Part shown: positions 25,824 through 34,253 of the stretch, one piece after another
Position numbering within the stretch: the stretch's first letter is position 1
Layout: the number at the start of each line of letters is the position of its first letter
IMG/VR virus record: IMGVR_UViG_3300022670_000401
Span: 1 to 38,871 of that record
Source of the DNA: a virus
Taxonomy: Duplodnaviria > Caudoviricetes
Direction: 5' to 3' (one strand)
DNA: 38,871 nucleotides
Translations under genes and position numbers: made by a program
The notes under the pieces: generated by a model
Database searches by the model: none
Told to the model about the DNA's origin: nothing
What the model saw: the letters and a program-made list of their open reading frames with translations, nothing else

Positions 25824-28800
25824 TACAGCTCCCTATCGCCTGACCTATTTTTGAATATTACAGTTCCAGCGATAACACCCGCCTCAAGATCTGTAACCGT
25901 TTCTTTAACCAGTATTGTACATATGTAAGATATATCTCTGGTGGTTAACAACTCGGGATTTTCACCTTCAAAGCCGGCCTCCGCATCCGCCACATTTGCG
26001 TAAGTAGTAGTGCCGTAATAGATGATAATGTCCTCAGTCCCGCATGCCTGAAAAACGCGTTGAGCACTAAAACGATTAGTTGGTACAGTCACTATCGTTC
26101 CGCCACTATTGAATTTACTGGGATCAATAAATGGAGTAGCAGAGTTAGATATAAATGCGTCAATAACAAAACTCCCACCTGAATCAGCATGGACAAGGAA
26201 TAGGTTGCCTGTCGTACCGGTGAAGGCAACTTTCGCCCTCGCCTCGGTTTCGCATAAATTTGGCGAGTTAGGGTCCGGAAGCATCCCCCTACCAATTTGA
26301 TGATGGCTACCCGGGGTCACGCCAATAGATAAATCGGCTCCGCCAGGGGATAAAATAGATCCCTTTGTTTTATGGCCTCCGCCATTAATTAATTCCGCTT
26401 GTCCATCAACAGACCCAGTATAAGCAACAACCGGAGTGAACACAGCAACGGTGATAACTCCCGCAGCCATGACTGACTTACCGATAAACGTTTCACCGGT
26501 CACTGAGAATGACGTTGGCTCGTCGGTTCTGAATTCATGCACGCCCTGATTATTGATATACGTATTTATTACTTGATCACCGCCACCGGTTATTACGTGA
26601 TCTATTTGTGGTAAATCAAAGAATGTCTGTTTAGGAAGTCTAGTGTTTAAAGATCTATCTACTATCACTGATTTAAGAGTCTCAACCCTAAATGTCGTTG
26701 CATTTAGAATTGACATTCCTTTAGGGCCACCATTATCGCCAGTGGATATTAAGCCAGAGTGATCATAGATTATGTCTTCTTCGGATTCAAATTCGCCTAG
26801 GTATACATTCCCAACTTCCAAGGTGTTAATAAAGCTAATTGGAGCTCTGGAAATTACATCGATTACAAGCTCATTGAGTCCGTTAAACAGCGACTGCGGG
26901 GCAGCGGTGTTTTCAGTTTTTAATGTTAACTGGGTTCCTGCGCTCCCACCTATTAAATCTAACCGGTTACCTAGATTACTAGGATTGCCGTCAGGAACGA
27001 CCACAGTGTGGTTTCTCTTTCCTTCTGGTCTAAATATTTGTCTTATGTCTGCCGCCATAGTTCCTGCAGATAGTATTTTTACTGAACCCTCCTCGTAAAT
27101 GGTTACACCAAAACCCACGAAGTAGAATGTGGTGGACCCTGAGGAGGACGAGTTCGCAACCGATACTTCGTCATTCACGGCGTTATTTGAGGACACAATG
27201 CCGCCAACTACTACCTTCTTATCGTTCACATATAAAATAGCCGCCCCGAAACTAAGCCCGGAATCGGGTGACGGATCGCCAAAAACCTCCCAATCGAAAT
27301 AGGTATCTATTGGAACTAACGGTACCCCAGCAGTGCCATCGAGGGCTATAGTCGCCTGACCATCCAATCTAATCGTCGTATTTGTTCCATCTTCGCTAAT
27401 AAAGATACCCACTCGGCTCTGGATAGAGGATATGCGGGGGTCGTTGGTGCCCGAGAACCCCATTCCTGAAAATATCGATTGAGTATTAATATCCTCAGTG
27501 ATCCGACACCTAACACCCCTGAACGAGAACCCGTTAATTAGGTTATTCCCCCAGTCCCCCGCCGATAGCGCTATCCTTGATTTTGTTACATCCAAATCAC
27601 CCGGGATATTATATTTAACGACATCCGTTTCAACGCCGAAAACGGTATCTGTAATTAGCGTTATAGTACCTGCGCCTGTCTCGGTATCAGTCCAGCCCTG
27701 CGCTGACGGCAAACCTAATTCAGCGTCAAACATCGCGTCCTTAGAGGCGAATGTTTCAGATGCTATAATCGGAACATCTGAAGCATGAGCCAATTGATGG
27801 AATGTGATAGGCGACATATCGCCCTCGCCGTGTTGCGGCGTTCCATCAGCTGCCGAACGCCAAACCGATGGAATGACTCTTGTTATGGTGCCCGAGTCCG
27901 TGCCGGCCACAAATTGATCAAGGGTAAAAGTCTCTAGCATTGCCCCGGTACCTACACCGCGCACTACAAGGTCCGTGCCTATGTGCGAACCAACTTCATA
28001 GAGGCCGTTATTCTGTTTAAAGCCACGAAATAAGACGAACTGATTTGTTGTGAAAATTCCAGACCCGACTGTAGTGACCGAAGGATTGCTGACCGCGTCT
28101 ACACCGGGGATAAATACGCCGCTAGCCACTGTATCGTTAAGCCCGTCAGCCACGTATATATCCACGCGATCTACGTTAACAGGTGTCGTTGAGGTCTGGT
28201 CAGCGTTTTGAATTACGACCTGTGTATCGAGCAATAACTTCTCAGCATCGTTAACCAGCGTGTCGACTTCTAAACCTTCCTGGATCAGCTGAGTAAGAAA
28301 AGGGATATCCGTGACCGTACCCTTGAGACTCATCGAGTCCGCTTTAAGCTCAACATCTAACTGCTGGCCTGCCCGTAATTGAAATGTAGACAAGCCTATA
28401 TTGAATACGCCCGGCGTACTGTCTTCAACACTGACAAAATCAACAATGTTATCACCAGTTATGAAGGGCAAGCCTGGATTTGCAGCAACTTCTTCAGGTG
28501 TAACCGCATTAAAAGCGGCCTCATTTGGTATAAATCGGATCACTACTCCGCTGGCATTATCCGTGATTTTCGCCACAACATTAGCCATTGGAGCATCTGC
28601 GCGAAATGTGACCTGATTGGTCTGGCGAACCTTAGGGGCCTGAACACCGCCTATAATGACGAAATTTAACGGGTTGGTGGTTATTACCTGGGTGTCGTCA
28701 GTCTGCAGAGGGTTAAATACCTGAGTCTTAAGATCAACATCCTTAGACGCGAATGATCCAGTTTCATCAAAATCTGTGGTTTTAACATAGCCATGGGTAC

Positions 28801-29050
28801 CATCAACATTATTGCTTATGGCTAGCTGCTTAGATGCTTCGGACAGTGTTGATGCCGGCCCAAGATCTAAAGACCCCGAACCAACGTCAGCACCATTATC
28901 AAATTTCGCCTTACCAGTTGAGGGGTTGACCGTCGCGCCAGCATAAATCAATTTACCAGTCGCATCAGCCTTAGCCATTTGGCCTTCGGTTAATGTGGTA
29001 AATAGAGGGTCAGAACCACCGTTAAAACCAATGCCTGGGGGATATGGCAT
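25823..29050 (-). CDS. 1075-aa multi-domain beta-rich structural protein (fibre/appendage-like)
   Basis: G/T/S/V/D-rich; located in the morphogenesis operon. Confidence 0.7.
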   Translation of the reverse strand: MPYPPGIGFNGGSDPLFTTLTEGQMAKADATGKLIYAGATVNPSTGKAKFDNGADVGSGSLDLGPASTLSEASKQLAISNNVDGTHGYVKTTDFDETGSFASKDVDLKTQVFNPLQTDDTQVITTNPLNFVIIGGVQAPKVRQTNQVTFRADAPMANVVAKITDNASGVVIRFIPNEAAFNAVTPEEVAANPGLPFITGDNIVDFVSVEDSTPGVFNIGLSTFQLRAGQQLDVELKADSMSLKGTVTDIPFLTQLIQEGLEVDTLVNDAEKLLLDTQVVIQNADQTSTTPVNVDRVDIYVADGLNDTVASGVFIPGVDAVSNPSVTTVGSGIFTTNQFVLFRGFKQNNGLYEVGSHIGTDLVVRGVGTGAMLETFTLDQFVAGTDSGTITRVIPSVWRSAADGTPQHGEGDMSPITFHQLAHASDVPIIASETFASKDAMFDAELGLPSAQGWTDTETGAGTITLITDTVFGVETDVVKYNIPGDLDVTKSRIALSAGDWGNNLINGFSFRGVRCRITEDINTQSIFSGMGFSGTNDPRISSIQSRVGIFISEDGTNTTIRLDGQATIALDGTAGVPLVPIDTYFDWEVFGDPSPDSGLSFGAAILYVNDKKVVVGGIVSSNNAVNDEVSVANSSSSGSTTFYFVGFGVTIYEEGSVKILSAGTMAADIRQIFRPEGKRNHTVVVPDGNPSNLGNRLDLIGGSAGTQLTLKTENTAAPQSLFNGLNELVIDVISRAPISFINTLEVGNVYLGEFESEEDIIYDHSGLISTGDNGGPKGMSILNATTFRVETLKSVIVDRSLNTRLPKQTFFDLPQIDHVITGGGDQVINTYINNQGVHEFRTDEPTSFSVTGETFIGKSVMAAGVITVAVFTPVVAYTGSVDGQAELINGGGHKTKGSILSPGGADLSIGVTPGSHHQIGRGMLPDPNSPNLCETEARAKVAFTGTTGNLFLVHADSGGSFVIDAFISNSATPFIDPSKFNSGGTIVTVPTNRFSAQRVFQACGTEDIIIYYGTTTYANVADAEAGFEGENPELLTTRDISYICTILVKETVTDLEAGVIAGTVIFKNRSGDREL

Positions 29051-29077
29051 GAAAACACCTCATAAATAATTATAATA

Positions 29078-29470
29078 CTAGGCACGCCAGAAATAGGCCA
29101 CTGCACTGGCTACACCAGTGATACCGGAAAAAGTAAGACGGCCTGCACGAGCCGGTCCAGGGAAAACTGGAATTGTATAGGTTGCTGATCCTGCAATAAC
29201 AGCAGTTGCATTAATAGTTGTATCGCCACCACCCGATCCCTGCCACTGTCCTTCAATGGGCGACATCTCAGGAACAATGGTTCCACCTGTTGGGGTGGCT
29301 GGATCACCGTTAGCGTCGTAGAAAGCGATAATAAAAACACCTGACTCAGTGCTAATATCAATATCGCTTCCGGGCTGATCAAAGGTTGTCAGAGTTGCAT
29401 CAGCAATGGGTAGCTGAGTGTTACCGGACCCATCACTCACATAATAAATTTTTGCCATTATAAACCTCAC
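29078..29470 (-). CDS. Small beta-rich virion-associated protein
   Basis: Composition and position in the structural operon. Confidence 0.65.
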   Translation of the reverse strand: MRFIMAKIYYVSDGSGNTQLPIADATLTTFDQPGSDIDISTESGVFIIAFYDANGDPATPTGGTIVPEMSPIEGQWQGSGGGDTTINATAVIAGSATYTIPVFPGPARAGRLTFSGITGVASAVAYFWRA

Positions 29471-30207
29471 ACGGTATTAAAAGTTAAGCCTTGATCTTCA
29501 CAGTGACGAATCACAAAGTTTTTGCGCTGCGTGATCACCTCATTAGAGTTTGTTTTAGTCGCCTTAATACAAACCGTATAACCGCCTGCCAAGATAAAGG
29601 TTAGGTCTGCACTTGCTTCTGTGTCTGTAAAGGTTTCATTTGAAACGGCTAAGCCATTATTGCCAACCTCCCAAACTACGTTGACTAATGTTTCGTCAAC
29701 CAGCCACTGCTGGAAATCTTCGGTGTGATTGAACACATCACCAACAAATCCATAGTGAGCGTCATTATTAACTGCAGGCTCTGCATAGAACCGACGATCA
29801 TTGTAATCCCACTCATTACCTGATCCAAATGGAAGGGTAGGTGGATTCTGAGCAATCGGAACACTGACCACAATATTCTCTAATGCTCTCATGCCTTTAT
29901 TGGCAATTATGCTGAGCGTAGGGGTTATCTCGCGACCAAAAGCTAAAACCAATTCAACCATTAACAGCTTCTTGAAAGGGCCGGCCATTTCAATAGTCAG
30001 GCCAGAGTTGTCAGCGGGGTCACTTCTGCCGTAATCGCTAGGCTCTTGCCATTGAAGGTCCAGGCCATCACCTTTTAGCTCTTCAGCATAATCATCTGCG
30101 ATACTAAGGGCCAAGGTAGTATCTTCTGGGGAAGGGTCAACAGTTAGCCCTGATATACGCATCAAGGCATAAGTTCCGGATACTACATCACCCTTGGTCA
30201 CTATCAT
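29467..30207 (-). CDS. Head-to-tail adaptor (P22 gp4-like) with a C-terminal beta extension
   Basis: TKGDVV..., PPTLPFGSGN motif of the gp4 family, then about 90 extra residues. Confidence 0.85.
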   Translation of the reverse strand: MIVTKGDVVSGTYALMRISGLTVDPSPEDTTLALSIADDYAEELKGDGLDLQWQEPSDYGRSDPADNSGLTIEMAGPFKKLLMVELVLAFGREITPTLSIIANKGMRALENIVVSVPIAQNPPTLPFGSGNEWDYNDRRFYAEPAVNNDAHYGFVGDVFNHTEDFQQWLVDETLVNVVWEVGNNGLAVSNETFTDTEASADLTFILAGGYTVCIKATKTNSNEVITQRKNFVIRHCEDQGLTFNTV

Positions 30208-30376
30208 CAGTTTCTACCTTTTTGGGCTTGGTAATGCGCTTTTTTGCCAGTCTGTCGAAGTTATCAACAAAGCCCATCCCCATAAATTCATCAATGTACT
30301 CACTACTAATAACACATTGAACATAGCCGCGGCTATTAGCGGACTTCTTAAACATTGAAACATGCTTGTGGGTCAT
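30188..30376 (-). CDS. Small hypothetical protein downstream of the coat gene
   Basis: 62-aa ORF; position as in P22-like phages. Confidence 0.6.
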   Translation of the reverse strand: MTHKHVSMFKKSANSRGYVQCVISSEYIDEFMGMGFVDNFDRLAKKRITKPKKVETDDSDQG

Positions 30377-30398
30377 TTTAACACCTTAGCAATATATG

Positions 30399-30421
30399 AA
30401 AAAGGGGCTGTTAAGCCCCTT
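30399..30421 (-). terminator. Terminator after the major capsid gene
   Basis: AAGGGGCT-TAAC-AGCCCCTT then TTT on the minus strand. Confidence 0.85.
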
Positions 30422-30439
30422 CTTAATCTCAGCTCACTA

Positions 30440-31729
30440 TTAAGTGATGCCGTGCATCTTGACGCCCCATGCAGGGTTGAAGGTTGCAAAGGTTGGAAGC
30501 ATATCAAAACGATAGCGGTTCTTGTTGGCCACGCCATCTGAGAACTTATGGATTCGGATAGACATGCCCTTGTGATTCATAACCATGGACTCTAAAGCGT
30601 GCAGCTTAGGCAGCACCACAGAACCCATACCAACGAAGCCTTCGCAGTAAGCAAGGGCTGGACGGTAAATAGCGCCTGCACTTGATTCAAGCACAGTAAC
30701 AGCATCACCAGAGGTAAGGGCGCGGTTAACAGTGTTGAATGCTGAGTTAACTCCGTTTGTACCGGTCACATCAAAGATAGCCGCACCAGAGATAGTAACA
30801 GTCAAATCACCAGATCCATCAGCGGTTCCACCAACTAATATTGTGCCTGTGAATGGAAGACCAACACCATCTTTGCGCAGCTCTTTATGGTTACGCATAT
30901 TAGTCAGCAACGTGGCAGGGAATTCTAATACCTGACCAACTAACAAAGTTGCACCAATGCCCAGGCCAGTTAAAGCCAGTGTCATCTGATAAGTATTTGC
31001 ATAAGTGATGTACGTAGCCAATGGAGTAGACTGGATGGTAATACCAGCCGAGGCAGTACCAGCGGTGTATTCAGGCAAGTTGTTGGTGGTTAACACTTCA
31101 TTAAGGCCACCAAAGTTACGCTTGATTACAGCGCTGTCCCAGGCAGTCATAACTTCAGGGTTAACGGCCAATTGGGTTTGCAGATCGGCAAGCGTGGTTT
31201 GTGTGAAGTTGTTCACAACGCCATAGCGCTTCCCGGTAGGCGAACCGATCTCTTTAAGAAACGCGCCTGCGTTGGCAACATCGGCCCATGTAGCAATAGG
31301 GTTGTCGGGGTCACCACTAATCAAAGAGGCATTCTTGGCCATGTACAAGGCAAGCTCGGTTTCAAGCTCGATCACCATATCTTCAGCGATAGGGTTTAAT
31401 AGCTCTTGTAACTGATCGGTTTCCAGGGCTTCTTCTACCTGCTCATTCTCAACAAATACAGTGATGTAGTCAGATACTTCAGCCTGGACCTTACCGGTTA
31501 GGATTGGGTTAACACCTTGACCCACCATATTACCGTCAGGTGTGCGCTGCGGAATGTACTGAGGTGGGCGCTTCATGCTTACCTGGCCAAAATCACGGCC
31601 AGTTGATGCATCGAAGTCGTTAACCAGTTGCTTTGATACCGTATTAGTCAGTACCGTGCTGGATTCGAAGCTTCGAGCAAACTGCTTTAAAAGCTTCTTG
31701 TTAATATTATTCTGTAGTTCGTTAGCCAT
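30440..31729 (-). CDS. Major capsid protein (P22 gp5-like coat)
   Basis: 429 aa; VSMKRPPQY...RYRFDMLPTFATFNP; follows the scaffold gene. Confidence 0.93.
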   Translation of the reverse strand: MANELQNNINKKLLKQFARSFESSTVLTNTVSKQLVNDFDASTGRDFGQVSMKRPPQYIPQRTPDGNMVGQGVNPILTGKVQAEVSDYITVFVENEQVEEALETDQLQELLNPIAEDMVIELETELALYMAKNASLISGDPDNPIATWADVANAGAFLKEIGSPTGKRYGVVNNFTQTTLADLQTQLAVNPEVMTAWDSAVIKRNFGGLNEVLTTNNLPEYTAGTASAGITIQSTPLATYITYANTYQMTLALTGLGIGATLLVGQVLEFPATLLTNMRNHKELRKDGVGLPFTGTILVGGTADGSGDLTVTISGAAIFDVTGTNGVNSAFNTVNRALTSGDAVTVLESSAGAIYRPALAYCEGFVGMGSVVLPKLHALESMVMNHKGMSIRIHKFSDGVANKNRYRFDMLPTFATFNPAWGVKMHGIT

Positions 31730-31740
31730 TAGGGCTCTCC

Positions 31741-32532
31741 TTAAATGAACTCAGTGCCAGGGAACTTTCTTTCGAAGTCATCCTTCTCAAGTGTTCCGCC
31801 ACCTGAAATATTAGGCAGTGGGTCTGGCGCGTTAGATACTTTTGGCGTAGTACTCAGGGCCTTCGCTTTTATGTCGTTGGCGATCTTAATACTCGCATTC
31901 ATCGGTGATAAGCGTAAAAGCTCATGCATTTCAGCAGGGTTGTTATACAGGTATTCAACAATCTTACCTCCATTTGGATCATCAATAATATGCTGACCTA
32001 ATGTAGGATCGATACCAGCATTGGTTAATGCCTGTTCAGCAGCTTGCAATACTTCAAGGTCTACACCATCACGCTGAGCGTTAGACACATAACTTGATAC
32101 CGCTTCTTGCCGTTTACTTTCCTGCGCGGTCTTAGTGGCCGCATCTTGCTGGTGTTCATATGCGCTTTTACCTGCCGATTCAGCCATCTTTCGATTATAT
32201 GCAGCGGTATCGGTGTGATACTTTCGCATGGCGTCTTCGTCATAAAAGTCATCAGGCAATGCAGGGGCGTCTTCAGTATCAACGACAGGAGCTGGCTTAC
32301 TACTCTCCACTTCCTTTAGTCGCGTCTCTGCGGCATCTGCTCTGCGTTCAGCTTCATAACGTTTAGCGGTAAGTTCATTGATTCGCTTATGAACTCCATC
32401 TGTTTTTTGTTCGTGGTTTTCTCCACTATCCGGTGATGATTCGGCTTTAACCTCGGGTTCTTCAGCGCTAATGGCCCCAGCTGAGGGCGGTTGCACTTCT
32501 AAATCTTTCGGTTCAATAGCATCTATGGTCAT
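31741..32532 (-). CDS. Scaffolding protein
   Basis: KRINELTAKRYEAERRA coiled coil; SNAPDPL C-terminus. Confidence 0.9.
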   Translation of the reverse strand: MTIDAIEPKDLEVQPPSAGAISAEEPEVKAESSPDSGENHEQKTDGVHKRINELTAKRYEAERRADAAETRLKEVESSKPAPVVDTEDAPALPDDFYDEDAMRKYHTDTAAYNRKMAESAGKSAYEHQQDAATKTAQESKRQEAVSSYVSNAQRDGVDLEVLQAAEQALTNAGIDPTLGQHIIDDPNGGKIVEYLYNNPAEMHELLRLSPMNASIKIANDIKAKALSTTPKVSNAPDPLPNISGGGTLEKDDFERKFPGTEFI

Positions 32533-32586
32533 TCAAGGCGTCCTTTGACGAAGTGTAAAACGTAGTTAGGCCACGAGCCATAATGT

Positions 32587-32615
32587 ATTTTAACCTAATA
32601 GGCAATAGCTTACAA
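32587..32615 (-). promoter_or_regulatory. Promoter for scaffold/capsid (TTGTAA-N17-TAAAAT)
   Basis: 17-bp spacing, immediately after the cassette terminator. Confidence 0.6.
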
Positions 32616-32655
32616 ATTAGAGGGGTTTGATAGGGTTTTGCTATGATGCAGGAAT

Positions 32656-32681
32656 AAAAAAGCCCTCACTGGGAAGGCTTT
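32656..32681 (-). terminator. Terminator closing the portal-scaffold insertion
   Basis: AAAGCC...GGCTTTTTT on the minus strand. Confidence 0.7.
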
Positions 32682-32696
32682 AAATTAACAGCGGCA

Positions 32697-32858
32697 TTAT
32701 TGAATCTCTACCTCATCTATATCGAAATGATTATACCCATTACTATCGTCAATAAGCTCTGCAGACTTTAAGGCCTCGTCTGCAGCGGCCTTTGTTGAGT
32801 ATGCGCCGACGATCTCTGAAAGTTCATGAGGGTACGTTTTTAATAAAATGAATATCAT
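32697..32858 (-). CDS. 53-aa acidic protein (MIFILLKTYPHELSEIVGAYSTKAAADEAL...), not in the ORF track
   Basis: Translated by hand; GGAG RBS; abuts the upstream stop. Confidence 0.6.
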   Translation of the reverse strand: MIFILLKTYPHELSEIVGAYSTKAAADEALKSAELIDDSNGYNHFDIDEVEIQ

Positions 32859-33110
32859 TCACTTCTCCCTATCCGTTGGCCATATCTTGCTGGCATTATC
32901 TGCCATAACCTGGCCCAGCGTTCTTATCTCTCCTTTCTCTGATTCCTGATACAACTGCCATATAGCCTCATGATTGTTTGGAAGCAATATAAACTCCTCG
33001 ATCACCTCCCCGTTAGTCCGCTTTTGCTGAATGATTGCGCCACCTTCCCGGGCTGCTGCGAATACATCGGCTGGCTTTTGTGATAGCTGGGTGGCGTTAA
33101 AGGTTTTCAC
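32859..33110 (-). CDS. Phd/YefM-like antitoxin-domain protein
   Basis: MKTFNATQLSQKPADVFAAAREGGAIIQQK resembles the Phd N-terminal DNA-binding fold. Confidence 0.6.
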   Translation of the reverse strand: MKTFNATQLSQKPADVFAAAREGGAIIQQKRTNGEVIEEFILLPNNHEAIWQLYQESEKGEIRTLGQVMADNASKIWPTDREK

Positions 33111-33357
33111 TTGTTGCTCCTCTATCTAATCTTAATTTGAGCTCTTCTTTAGTCATCATTACAATCGGAGATTTATTCGGCATGATTGACGATGATTTCC
33201 AGTCGCTAAATGTGGCGATAATGCTGTTTCCGGAAGACCTAAGAACTAGCCATTTATCCTCTATCTTTACTGATGAGACACTACCGTATATGCGCGGCGT
33301 TCCCTTGGAATCCACTACCTCGTATGTTTCGGTATGGACCTCTAATTTGTTATTCAT
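33097..33357 (-). CDS. Hypothetical protein
   Basis: Coupled 86-aa ORF. Confidence 0.6.
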   Translation of the reverse strand: MNNKLEVHTETYEVVDSKGTPRIYGSVSSVKIEDKWLVLRSSGNSIIATFSDWKSSSIMPNKSPIVMMTKEELKLRLDRGATSENL

Positions 33358-33764
33358 TTGTCGTTAAGCTCCATCATCTTCTTGAAAAACTCGGCCTGAG
33401 TTATCGCTCCGGCCTGAAGCTCTGCAGTCAAAGCTACCATTACGTTGTTTTTACGCTGCAATCTTCTTTCGCCTGGTGAGATTGGTGCTTTTCTCCCTGA
33501 TAATGCTTGGTATCGATCAACGTCCTTTGCCTCGTCCATTTGTGATTTTAGCTTTATCTGCATAGCGTCATGAAATTGCTTCTCTACCTCAAGATTAATG
33601 GAAGGTGATTTCTTGGTTACTTTGTAATCAACCTCATAAACCTCTAAAGGCTCTCCTGTATCAACAACACCAACACACCCCATACCAACTACTTTTTCTA
33701 CCTCTTCAACCTCAAACCCCATCGCATCACACATAGCCATCAAAAGCTTCATTTCGTTAGTCAT
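33354..33764 (-). CDS. Hypothetical protein
   Basis: Coupled 136-aa ORF. Confidence 0.65.
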   Translation of the reverse strand: MTNEMKLLMAMCDAMGFEVEEVEKVVGMGCVGVVDTGEPLEVYEVDYKVTKKSPSINLEVEKQFHDAMQIKLKSQMDEAKDVDRYQALSGRKAPISPGERRLQRKNNVMVALTAELQAGAITQAEFFKKMMELNDK

Positions 33765-34188
33765 TATTCACCTCCTTATTCTCAAACATCACCGACTTCA
33801 TCACTCCGCCATCCATCACATAAATACCGACCTTTGTGGCTACAATTAACTTGCCGTCATACTGCTCAATTCCCACAATTTGATATCCGCATGGTGGTGA
33901 TGAAGAAAACTTGGCACCTTTAGTTTTATCGATACAATTACCAACGTCTTCAAGTACCTGGTTGGTTTTTGTAAGGTCGAACTTAGGGCGATCCTGTTTG
34001 TTTTTTACTTCATCATCCCAATTTTCGACACGTTTGAAGAACTTCTTATCATCCGCCTCCCTATCTTTTCGTTCCTTTTCTAGCTGATCATACATAAAGC
34101 CAATAGCCTGCTCATTCTCCCCTTCAACAACTTTTTCTGATTGTGATTGCGACCAATAAGCCTTTGTTTTCTCATCAAACATAACCAT
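33757..34188 (-). CDS. 143-aa protein containing a portal-N-terminus-like segment
   Basis: NWDDEVKNKQD-RPKFDLTKTNQVLE aligns with portal QWEDNIRRQLDSQKRPRYTFDKVTPVIE. Confidence 0.7.
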   Translation of the reverse strand: MVMFDEKTKAYWSQSQSEKVVEGENEQAIGFMYDQLEKERKDREADDKKFFKRVENWDDEVKNKQDRPKFDLTKTNQVLEDVGNCIDKTKGAKFSSSPPCGYQIVGIEQYDGKLIVATKVGIYVMDGGVMKSVMFENKEVNND

Positions 34189-34212
34189 TTCCCCTTAATA
34201 GAATTAATCCTA

Positions 34213-34241
34213 ACAATAGGCCGAATAAAAGGACCGGTCAA
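34213..34241 (-). promoter_or_regulatory. Promoter of the inserted cassette (TTGACC-N17-TATTGT)
   Basis: 17-bp spacing, directly after the portal stop. Confidence 0.65.
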
Positions 34242-34253
34242 GGCCCTTAGGTA

